DNA of 19,208 bases from the NCBI GenBank assembly GCA_052386995.1, contig JBQTJP010000325.1:1-19208 (forward strand). The letters are read 5' to 3'. The stretch is from Armatimonadota bacterium. GTDB lineage: Bacteria > Sysuimicrobiota > Sysuimicrobiia > Sysuimicrobiales > Humicultoraceae. Below are positions 9,394 through 16,925 of the stretch, one piece after another. How positions within the stretch are numbered: position 1 is the stretch's first letter; each line of letters starts with the position of its first letter. A model generated the notes under the pieces. That model was not told where the DNA came from, did not search any database, and saw only the letters and a list, made by a program, of their open reading frames with translations. The translations under genes and the position numbers were made by a program.

Positions 9394-10092
9394 ATGAGCC
9401 CGTTCGGGGAGGCCCTGGACTACCCGCTCAAGCATGCCCGCGTCGATCCGGCAAAGCTGAACGAACTGGCAGACAGAATCGCCGCGGCCGTTCCAAGGTC
9501 TGGACCGACGGATCGGAAGATCGCCGTTCAGGTCTATCGGCTGCTGGCGGAGGGCAAGCCGGTCTCCCCCCAAATGTTGGCGAGCGCCCTCGGGCTATCT
9601 GAGATCCGCGTCCGTGACACCCTGGCCGGGTGGCCAGGGATCTATTACGACGGAGAGGGGGCGATCGTCGCGTTCTGGGGGCTGGCGCTCCCGGAGATGC
9701 CACACCGGTTTGAGGTCGATGGCCGCACGCTCTACACGTGGTGCGCCTGGGACAGCCTATTCATCCCCGGGATTCTCGGGAAGATCGCCCGCGTCGAGTC
9801 CACAGATCCAATCACCAAAGAGAGGATCTCCCTGGTGGTCGGGCCAGATCGGATCAGGCAGGTCAACCCGGCCGGCACCATGGTCTCGTTTCTGGCCCCC
9901 AAGGTCCCATTCGATGCGGATGTCATCCAGAGTTTCTGCCACTTCGTCCACTTCTTCGGCACAGCCGATGCCGGCGCGCGATGGGTCTCCGAGCACCCCA
10001 CGACGCTCCTGCTCTCCGCAGACGAGGCTCATGAGCTGGGGCGGCTGACCAACGAGCGCAATTTCAAGGAGGCGCTGGCCCCATCGGCGTGA
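9394..10092 (+). CDS. merB: Organomercurial lyase MerB-family protein, copy 1, with a chimeric N-terminus
   Basis: LYTWCAWDSL (Cys96/Asp99 equivalents) and FCHFVHFF (Cys159 equivalent). The first ~19 aa resemble the middle of the 15908 protein. Confidence 0.85.
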   Translation: MSPFGEALDYPLKHARVDPAKLNELADRIAAAVPRSGPTDRKIAVQVYRLLAEGKPVSPQMLASALGLSEIRVRDTLAGWPGIYYDGEGAIVAFWGLALPEMPHRFEVDGRTLYTWCAWDSLFIPGILGKIARVESTDPITKERISLVVGPDRIRQVNPAGTMVSFLAPKVPFDADVIQSFCHFVHFFGTADAGARWVSEHPTTLLLSADEAHELGRLTNERNFKEALAPSA

Positions 10093-10109
10093 TGGGTCAA
10101 GAACTTGGG

Positions 10110-11210
10110 TTACGCGTTACGGATACCAGTCGAATCTGGATAGAAGTCCCGCCACGCCTGTTCAAACGCCGGGACGTAGGCGAGGGATTTGACGGTCTCC
10201 CCCTTCAGCGGACCCGCCAGCGCCATGCCCCGCTGAGGCTGCCAGGTACTGCCGGTCTCGAGATCGACCAGCGCGCCTTCCCTCAGCGCGAACGTCAGCG
10301 TGCGGTCGCCCAGACGGCGGAGGAAGACCGAGGTACTGCGGGTCTTCGGGTCCACATGCAGCATGACCGGGGTCGGCCCCACGTGCTCGTTCACCACGCC
10401 GGCCTGCCGGACCGCCGGGAAGTGGAAGCCCCGAGCGTGCTCCCCGAGCACGACCCCAATGATGAAACGGTCCCGGGGGCGCTCGCGGAACAGGAAGCCC
10501 GGCCGGGGCTCGTTCAAGGCCTCGGTGTCGGGATGCTCGGCCTTCCACGTCCCCCATGGGCTGATTGACGCCGGAGCGATTTCCAGCCGCGTGCCGCGCA
10601 GCGGCCCGAGCAGCGCTTTCCCCCAGACCTGCGACCAGACGCTGTGCGTGCCATGATCCCACCAAGTCATCGCGTTGCGGTACAGCGCTCCCTGATTGCC
10701 GAAGATCGTGACGCGGCCCTCGCCGCGGCGCGAAAGCAGGAGTTCACGGTACACTTGGCGCGTGGGGCCGTCCGGGCCGGGGTGGGCGCGCAGCGCCTGC
10801 TCGAGCCGCGCCGCCACCGTCTCGGGAATTCTCACGCGCCGGTCATGCACGAGACCGGTGTAGCAGAGTGGTCACCAGGTGACGAGGATCGGCGTGCCGG
10901 CGAGCCAGTCGACCACCATTTCGCGGGCGTTGAGCGTGGAAATGTCGTAGGCCTTGCTCTGGCCCCGGACGCTGACCCCGAGGACCAGCTCATCGTCGCG
11001 GTACCGCGCCGAGGACGCGGAAACGAATCGCGGCTGGTAGACGGGCAGAATGTCATCCCGGCCAAGCACCTGGCGCATACGTGCGCGGACGGAGGCCTCG
11101 GTTTCCACCTCAGCGGTAGGCGCCGCGATGGGAGGCGCCTGCCACCCTGCCCGAAGGGACCACGCGCCCACCAACAGCAGGCCCGCAAACGCCAGCCACG
11201 CGATCCGCAT
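10110..11210 (-). CDS. Exported DUF3179-like selenoprotein (UxxC; Sec encoded by TGA 10874-10872)
   Basis: ORFs 10872-11306 and 10110-10850 are in one frame: ILVTW-TGA-PLCYTGLVHDRR aligns to the paralog's VAVTF-C-PLCNTAIVFDRR. Hydrophobic N-terminus from ATG 11210. Confidence 0.85.
10837..10871 (-). promoter_or_regulatory. Putative bacterial SECIS element
   Basis: After the UGA: CCACUCUGCUA CACCGGUCUCGUGCAUGACCGGCG. Folds as CCGGUC/GACCGG with loop UCGUGCAU, or as CAC/GUG around a GGUCU-containing loop like E. coli fdhF. Confidence 0.6.
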
Positions 11211-11232
11211 CACGATTTCCACTCGGGATCCA

Positions 11233-12384
11233 TCAGCGGGCCCTCCAGATGCGGGTCTGCGGTTTGAACACCGCCCAGGAAAACCAGAGATGGTTTCCAT
11301 GGACAAGCGGGGTCAGCCGCGTCCCACGGTACGGACCCGATGCGGCTTCGCCCAGTATCGTCCACGCGCTCCCCGACTCCGTGTCGATGATCCGACCGTC
11401 GCGCAGGCGAAAGGTCAACCGGCGGCCATTGAGGCTCGGCGCGAAGACACCTGCCGCACCGACGTCACGTCCCGCTCCGACCTCGGCCCGGTGGAGCGCC
11501 GACGCCGTTCCGGGCTCGTAGAAGACCACGATCTGTGTGTCCGCGACCGTATCGTGGACTACCCGCGCCCTGGCGAGCTCGGAGAAAGGATACGCCACGT
11601 CCTCGCCCTCCAACGAGACGGTCACGACCCGCTCCATGGCCGGGAGGCGCTTGTCCCGCGGTCCCACGTAATAGAACGGCGCATTCCCGATGGCGTCGTA
11701 GCCAGCGTAGGGATTGCGCCCGTACGGCCTTTCAAAACCGGTGCGGCGGCTCAGCACCTTTCCGCGCGGCGCCGACCGGCGGAAGGCGTTCCATGAAACG
11801 ATCTGCGCCGCCAGCACGCTGAGCCTCCGCCCCGTGAGCTCGCCGACGATGGCCTCCCCGGTGATCTGTTGCCACCAGGACTCTGTCTGACGATCGTACA
11901 TGATGAGGTCGCTCCACCGCAGCTTCCCGGTTGTGCCGAAATCCAGCACCCGCCCGTCGAGGCGGCGGTCGAACACAATGGCCGTATTGCAGAGCGGGCA
12001 GAAGGTGACGGCTACCGGCAGACCGCTGATCACATCGTTGACGATTTCGTGCCAGAGAAGAATCTGCAACGGATACGCTCGGGCCTCCCCCGCATGGTCG
12101 AATGTGATCACCGGTTCATTCGGTTTGAGCCACGCGTTGGCCGCCGCTGCGGACTCGAACACGGGATGGTCAATCGCCGGGATCCCGTCCTTGGGCGGGC
12201 CGCCGGAACGGATCTCGCCCAGGTGCACGCTGTGCTTCTTGAAGTTGGTCTTCCACTCCGCGATGTCGAACGGGATGGGTTCGCCGGTGTGGCCTGCCCA
12301 GGCCGAATCCGGCTGGGCCGAAGGCCGCAGCCATCCCGCGATAATCAATAGCGCGCTGCAGAACAGGCGGACCGCAGCTTTCAC
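11233..12384 (-). CDS. Exported DUF3179-like protein (CxxC form)
   Basis: Signal peptide; SGGPPKDGIPAID, ARAYPLQILLWHEIVND, TFCPLC, MYDRQTESWWQQ. GTGA overlap with the TlpA stop. Confidence 0.9.
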   Translation of the reverse strand: MKAAVRLFCSALLIIAGWLRPSAQPDSAWAGHTGEPIPFDIAEWKTNFKKHSVHLGEIRSGGPPKDGIPAIDHPVFESAAAANAWLKPNEPVITFDHAGEARAYPLQILLWHEIVNDVISGLPVAVTFCPLCNTAIVFDRRLDGRVLDFGTTGKLRWSDLIMYDRQTESWWQQITGEAIVGELTGRRLSVLAAQIVSWNAFRRSAPRGKVLSRRTGFERPYGRNPYAGYDAIGNAPFYYVGPRDKRLPAMERVVTVSLEGEDVAYPFSELARARVVHDTVADTQIVVFYEPGTASALHRAEVGAGRDVGAAGVFAPSLNGRRLTFRLRDGRIIDTESGSAWTILGEAASGPYRGTRLTPLVHGNHLWFSWAVFKPQTRIWRAR

Positions 12385-12992
12385 GGCGGTTTCGAAGCTC
12401 CGACCAGTTCAGCGACAAACGCATCCATCTGATCGCGCGTCAGTAGTCCCACGTGCTTCTTAAAGATCTTGCCCTCCGCAGTGATGAAGACCGTAGTCGG
12501 CATACCCAGGATCTGGTACGCGCCCACCGTCCGGGCGTCCAGGGCCGCGCCCGCGGGAAACGTGATGCGGAGCTCTCGCAGCAGGGCCTTGCCCTCCTCG
12601 CGCGTGCCCAGACCGATGAAGGGACCAATATCCACGCCAATGAGCATGAAGCGGCCTTCGGCTCTTTCGTCGTAGAGCCTCTGAAAGTCCGGCAACTCGG
12701 CCCGGCACGGCGGACAGAGTCCCGCCCAGAAGTTCACAACGACCGGCCGGCCCTTTCCCCAGAGCTGGGAGAGCCGTGTTCTGCTCCCGCTGTCGGCAAC
12801 ACCCTCATACAGGATGATGTCGAAGTCGGGCGCCGGCTTCAGGTCGGCGGCCGGTGCCGGGGTCTGCCGGCCCGTGTCGGGGATTCGGTCGGGTCCCTGT
12901 GGCTGGAGGTTACGCGCTCGTGTGGCGACATACCCGGCGACGGCAGCGAGCACCGTGACCACGAGTATAGTCACGACCGTCTTCTTTCGCAT
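12381..12992 (-). CDS. TlpA/ResA-family membrane-anchored thiol-disulfide oxidoreductase
   Basis: N-terminal TM; APDF, VVVNFWAGLCPPCRAELP, GMPTTVFI. Confidence 0.9.
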   Translation of the reverse strand: MRKKTVVTILVVTVLAAVAGYVATRARNLQPQGPDRIPDTGRQTPAPAADLKPAPDFDIILYEGVADSGSRTRLSQLWGKGRPVVVNFWAGLCPPCRAELPDFQRLYDERAEGRFMLIGVDIGPFIGLGTREEGKALLRELRITFPAGAALDARTVGAYQILGMPTTVFITAEGKIFKKHVGLLTRDQMDAFVAELVGASKPP

Positions 12993-13099
12993 CCCGCGAC
13001 CTCAATGTCAATTGAACCTCTCCTCGGTAACGGCGACAGTATCCTGCCTTACACACGTCCCGTGGTATCCTGAATTCCGCCTTTGGAAGCCGGAGGAGG

Positions 13100-13655
13100 A
13101 TGGCCATGAGCAGTGACCTGCTGACCCGGTACAACTACGATGAATTCGTCCCGGAGAAATTCGAGCCATGGATGAACTTCGAGGCGAGCCCCCTGCTGGG
13201 CCAGCCGGCCCCCGACTTCCCGCTCTGGGACATCGATCTTCCTCTATGCCAACGAGGCCCATCCGGGCGAACACTATCCGCATCTGACATCCATGGCCCA
13301 GAAACTGCGGCACGCGCGCGACCTGCGGGATATACTGGGTGTTTCCCGTCCGATTCTCGTTGACGCCCTGGACGGCGCCTGCCATCGGGCCTATGGTTCG
13401 ATGCCAAACATGAGCTGGATCATCAGCGCGGCGGGCGTTCCCGTATACAAATCCGACTGGACGGATTCACCCAGCGTCGCCAATGCCATCGAATACTTCC
13501 TGGATGTCGTGACGCGCCGGCGGGCGGGCGATCGACTGGTCCCCTTCCGTGTTGAGCGTCTGGACTATCGCGCCACCGACCGGAAGGCCTTCTACCGCGG
13601 GCTCGCCCGCAACGGCCCGAAAGCCGTCCGCGAGTTTCGGCATGCCTTCGGATGA
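13100..13655 (+). pseudogene. Deiodinase/peroxiredoxin-like thioredoxin-fold protein, internally deleted and frameshifted
   Basis: Frame A gives YNYDEF..GQPAPDFPLWD. From 13233 the +1 frame gives SIFLYANEAHPGEHYPH..RPILVDALDG..AYGSMPN. EAHP and AYG..P are deiodinase-like; the active-site segment expected between the two parts is absent. Confidence 0.75.
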
Positions 13656-13691
13656 AAAACGTGGGACCCCGGCAACAACCGGAGTCCCACG
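13655..13691 (-). terminator. Rho-independent terminator for the small-peptide genes
   Basis: Minus strand CGTGGGACTCCGG-TTGTTG-CCGGGGTCCCACG followed by TTTTT. Confidence 0.8.
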
Positions 13692-13720
13692 CGTACTACT
13701 CTGGACTCTGCTGCGCCGCC

Positions 13721-13915
13721 TTACCTGAGACCTCTGTCATCAAGCTTCGTCGTCTGAGGAGAGACCGGCGGGACGATAGTGGTAACGCTGGGTGGCGGGG
13801 GGCTCACAGTCTGCGTTCCGATGTTCTCGAAGATGCGGAGTTCCTGGGCCAAGACGGGACCCGTGAGCGCCATCGCCAGAGCCATCACAACAGCAACCGC
13901 GACGATCCAACGCAT
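13721..13915 (-). CDS. Small secreted peptide (64 aa)
   Basis: AAAGGAG RBS; MRWIV..GPVLA signal; mature QELRIFE..QTTKLDDRGLR. Confidence 0.72.
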   Translation of the reverse strand: MRWIVAVAVVMALAMALTGPVLAQELRIFENIGTQTVSPPPPSVTTIVPPVSPQTTKLDDRGLR

Positions 13916-13967
13916 TGCCCTCACGCTCCTTTCTCGAGTTCGTCTGTAGACGTCCACCCCAAGGGGG

Positions 13968-14102
13968 TTATCGGACGTCCCGGTCGTCTAGCACGGTGGT
14001 CTGACCAGGCGGCAGGATAGAGTCGTCCGCTGCCAGCACCGGCGCCGTCAAAAAGAGTGATGCCACGACCAGCAGGGTCGCGAGTGCGGTTACGAGGCGC
14101 AT
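13968..14102 (-). CDS. Small secreted peptide (44 aa)
   Basis: AAGGAGGT RBS; signal ending APVLA; mature ADDSILPPGQTTVLDDRDVR. Confidence 0.72.
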   Translation of the reverse strand: MRLVTALATLLVVASLFLTAPVLAADDSILPPGQTTVLDDRDVR

Positions 14103-14138
14103 CGATGTGGTCACCTCCTTCTCTGTGATCTCGGTCGC

Positions 14139-14216
14139 AGGATAGACCGGGCGCGCGGCCCCAACTACAGACATGGGTACTCAAAAGGGTCCCGGGATGT
14201 ACCAGTACCGCGGTAC
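14139..14216 (-). promoter_or_regulatory. Conserved promoter element D, upstream of the secreted peptides
   Basis: GTACCGCGGTAC; core GAGTACCCATGTCTGTAG at 14182-14165; 20 nt; TATCCT at 14144. Confidence 0.75.
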
Positions 14217-14231
14217 CGGCCTCAGGAGCGG

Positions 14232-14279
14232 CTAGACGTTGAGCAGGCCCCGCTGCACCGCGGCGCGCACGGCTTCCAT
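14232..14279 (-). pseudogene. C-terminal remnant of a LuxR-type HTH regulator
   Basis: MEAVRAAVQRGLLNV* resembles the last helix of LuxR HTH domains. It sits just upstream of element D, as regulator 1 does for element A. Confidence 0.5.
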
Positions 14280-14377
14280 GAAAAATCGGGTGTGGTCCAC
14301 AGGGCCCAACGTGCCTTGCCGGCAGCTTCAGCCCTATCCCATCGCGTGATCAAGAGACCACCCAAACGGTTGGGCTG

Positions 14378-14426
14378 TTACCGCGGTACCGAACAGCTCG
14401 AATCTCTTGAGTACCGCTGTCTGTAG
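14378..14426 (+). promoter_or_regulatory. Conserved promoter element C (truncated, no -10 box)
   Basis: TTACCGCGGTAC and core GAGTACCGCTGTCTGTAG at 14409-14426; no TAnnnT 20 nt downstream. Confidence 0.6.
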
Positions 14427-14430
14427 TCCC

Positions 14431-14655
14431 CTGACCTACGTCACGCTCGAGACCGTGTTCGCGGTCTGGCTCACGCTGTTCCCGCTGCTTGGCGCGGGCG
14501 TCGCGGGCATCGGCGCGGGACCGTTGATGCCTGTCATCGCGCTGGCACGCCATTGGGCCTATGGTCTGGCCCTCGCGCGGTTGTACCCGCTCGACCAGGG
14601 CTCACGGTCGGGCGGCCTGGCGCGTGCGGCGTTCGCACGCGTTGAGGAGCGATAG
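14431..14655 (+). pseudogene. 3' fragment of a membrane protein
   Basis: LTYVTLETVFAVWLTLFPLLGAGVAGIGAGPLMPVIALARHWAYG hydrophobic helices; no RBS or start; abuts truncated element C. Confidence 0.5.
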
Positions 14656-14666
14656 AAGACGGAATC

Positions 14667-14708
14667 TCTCGGTGCGGGCGGTAGGAAGACCCGCCTCCCG
14701 CACCGAGA
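14667..14708. terminator. Hairpin between convergent genes
   Basis: 12-bp inverted repeat TCTCGGTGCGGG / CCCGCACCGAGA. Confidence 0.6.
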
Positions 14709-14727
14709 CGACGTGTGGGGCAGGGTG

Positions 14728-15369
14728 TTAGTGCTTTGTTGACCGGCGCGAGCGGATGACTTCGAGGCGGTTATGCAGGTTGAGTTTCTGCAGCACCTGA
14801 TGCACGTAGTTCTTGACCGTCTGGGGCTGGAGATAGAGCTTCTGCGCGATTTCTTTGTTGTCCAGACCTTCGGCCATCATCTGGAGGACCTGCTCCTCGC
14901 GGGCCGTGAGCGGTGTGGACGGCGGGCTGTCGTCCCCGGCTTGGAGGCGGGCCACGTAATTGAACAGGGTCGTGACCACCTTGGGCGACATGGACGGCGT
15001 ACCGTTGGAAACTGAATGGATTGCAGAAACCAGATCGTCCACGGACACGTTGTCCAGGATGCAGCCCGAGGCGCCCGCGCGCACGCATTCAAGGATCGCT
15101 TGAACATCGTCGGCGACGCCGAACACCAGGACTTTCCCCTGAGGGACGCGCTCTCGCAGTTCCTGCATGAGCGCCGGCCCGTCCTGGTGCGACGTCCCCA
15201 GGTCGTACAGGAGCACATGATCTCCCTGGACGGGTTGCTCGAAGGCCTCGCGGGCGCTGCCGAATGCGCCCGATGCACGCACACCGGGCTGCTTGTTGAG
15301 CAGGTCGCGGATGCCTTCCCGGATCAGCTGGCTGTTGTGGATGATGGCAACGGCAATAGGCCCTTCCAC
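14728..15369 (-). CDS. NarL/LuxR-family regulator with an atypical receiver domain, copy 2
   Basis: Close paralog of 7990-8631. GTG 15369 aligns with the copy 1 start (alternative ATG 15396). Divergent from thioredoxin 2. Confidence 0.9.
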   Translation of the reverse strand: MEGPIAVAIIHNSQLIREGIRDLLNKQPGVRASGAFGSAREAFEQPVQGDHVLLYDLGTSHQDGPALMQELRERVPQGKVLVFGVADDVQAILECVRAGASGCILDNVSVDDLVSAIHSVSNGTPSMSPKVVTTLFNYVARLQAGDDSPPSTPLTAREEQVLQMMAEGLDNKEIAQKLYLQPQTVKNYVHQVLQKLNLHNRLEVIRSRRSTKH

Positions 15370-15437
15370 CGTATGTGTGCCCCCTTGGGTAGTCATCCTG
15401 GGGAACGCGCCAACACCCCCGCTTATGCCCCCGTCCC

Positions 15438-15514
15438 AGTACTATAGTACCGAGACGCTCGATGCCGTTTCAGTACCCCCGTCTGTAGCCAGTGCCGTGC
15501 CCCTCCCGTATCGT
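15438..15514 (+). promoter_or_regulatory. Conserved promoter element B, upstream of thioredoxin 2
   Basis: GTACTATAGTAC; core CAGTACCCCCGTCTGTAG at 15471-15488; 20 nt; TATCGT at 15509. Confidence 0.75.
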
Positions 15515-15541
15515 GTCCTCAGGATACTGGAGGTCCCGACG

Positions 15542-15895
15542 ATGAATGGTCCCGTACACGTGACGGATCACACGTTCGAGTCTGAGGTGTTGAAGGCCGA
15601 TCTGCCGGTGCTGGCCGACTTCTGGGCCGAGTGGTGCGGGCCGTGCCGGATGATCGCCCCAATCGTTGAAGACCTGGCCGGCGAGTATGCCGGGCGGGTC
15701 AAAGTGGTCAAGGTCGACGTCGACGAGAATCCGCACCTCGCGATCGACTACCAGATCATGAGCATCCCGACGCTGGCGCTGTTCAAGAACGGGGAGCTGG
15801 TCGATCGCCTCATCGGGTACATGCCGAAGTCGGAACTCACGCGGAGGATATACGCCGCGCTTGGCGCGCTGGTCACCGGTGCGCGAAGCGTGTAA
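15542..15895 (+). CDS. trxA: Thioredoxin, copy 2
   Basis: DFWAEWCGPCRMIAP; GGAGG RBS before ATG 15542. Confidence 0.95.
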   Translation: MNGPVHVTDHTFESEVLKADLPVLADFWAEWCGPCRMIAPIVEDLAGEYAGRVKVVKVDVDENPHLAIDYQIMSIPTLALFKNGELVDRLIGYMPKSELTRRIYAALGALVTGARSV

Positions 15896-15907
15896 CCTGA
15901 ACCTGAC

Positions 15908-16174
15908 ATGGCGGACTATCTGGTCAAGGCGCGACCCAAAGAGGACTTGACGGGGCTCAAGCGGCAACTCGACCGGGGCGACATCGCCCAGATGCGCCCC
16001 TTCGGGAGCGCCCTGGACTATTCACTCCAGACCGCCCGCCTCGACCCGGACGGGTGGGCCGTCTGGGAAGAGAACGACTACTGCAGCCCGCCGCTGGCGA
16101 TGGAGCGGGCAGCCCTCCTGGACCTGCACTTCACCGATCTGACCGTCGAGCGGGTCACAAAGGGAGCTGGATAG
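15908..16174 (+). CDS. Hypothetical protein with a WEENDYCSPPLAMER motif, possibly prematurely terminated
   Basis: Starts 12 nt after thioredoxin 2. The frame continues past TAG 16172 as RIVHLPSLWG* to 16207. Confidence 0.7.
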   Translation: MADYLVKARPKEDLTGLKRQLDRGDIAQMRPFGSALDYSLQTARLDPDGWAVWEENDYCSPPLAMERAALLDLHFTDLTVERVTKGAG

Positions 16175-16252
16175 CGCATTGTCCACCTCCCGAGCCTTTG
16201 GGGATAGCTCCCAGGACGCTCGGCCACGCCCGAATCCCACGGTAACCCCCTG

Positions 16253-16330
16253 TTACGCCTGTACCGGTACGTGTTGAGATCACTCTGAGTACCCCCGTCC
16301 GTAGCCCCTCCGGCGGTCTTCCGATACTGT
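16253..16330 (+). promoter_or_regulatory. Conserved promoter element E
   Basis: TTACGCCTGTACCGGTAC; core GAGTACCCCCGTCCGTAG at 16287-16304; 20 nt; TACTGT at 16325. Confidence 0.72.
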
Positions 16331-16391
16331 GTGCGCAGATGAGACATCCGCTGGGCGCAGAGAGACGAAGTTGGGGTGGGAGGTAATCGTC

Positions 16392-16529
16392 GTGGTTGAG
16401 ACACTGATCGGGATCGTGGCAATCGGCGCGATGACCCTGGTGGGCGTCCCGCTGTCGCACCTCAGGCGGGGCAACGGCGGAACCCGGCAGGTTGCCATTC
16501 CTGTGCCCGAAATCACAGGGCGTGAGTGA
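16392..16529 (+). CDS. Small single-TM protein (45 aa)
   Basis: GGGAGGT RBS, GTG start, MVETLIGIVAIGAMTLVGVPLSHLRRG..; lies downstream of element E. Confidence 0.5.
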   Translation: MVETLIGIVAIGAMTLVGVPLSHLRRGNGGTRQVAIPVPEITGRE

Positions 16530-16611
16530 CCGCCGGCATCGAGCCAAAACGGATCTTACCGTAGGCTGAGCGTGGGTAAAGGATAGGGCACACCAAAAGG
16601 AGGAAGCGGCT

Positions 16612-16710
16612 GTGACACGGATCGGCGAACGGGTAGTCGGCGGACTGATGCTGGTGTGGTGGGCCGTGTTCGTCTGGCTGGCGATCGTGATGGTCGTGGT
16701 ACGCGCGTAG
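16612..16710 (+). CDS. Small single-TM protein (32 aa)
   Basis: AAGGAGGA RBS; MTRIGERVVGGLMLVWWAVFVWLAIVMVVVRA*; below the ORF-track cutoff. Confidence 0.55.
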   Translation: MTRIGERVVGGLMLVWWAVFVWLAIVMVVVRA

Positions 16711-16925
16711 GGGTCTCATACGCTACCGGGAAGGGTCCTTCGTCTCGCCTTCACTCCGCATGACCCTCGCGCACGGGCCGCGCTAGCCGCGCGGCGGCCG
16801 CTCGTCGACTGACCAGGTAACGGCGCCACGCTCACGCGATCATCCACGGAATACTCATCTGGATCTGTACGTCCTCTAGTGTGATCTTTTCATCAACGCT
16901 CCATGCGGGGGGGGCGCGACCAGCT

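Noticed and set aside
13020..13075. Sixth copy of the promoter element before tlpA
   Set aside because: Only a partial ATACCACGGGAC box and a TACTGT; the core motif and spacing are absent.
16172..16174. TAG as pyrrolysine or programmed read-through
   Set aside because: No pyl context and not a plausible catalytic site; a simple mutation is more likely.
16751..16858. Minus-strand MSIPWMIA-TGA-AWRRYLV.. as a second selenoprotein
   Set aside because: No Cys-aligned paralog, redox motif or convincing SECIS.
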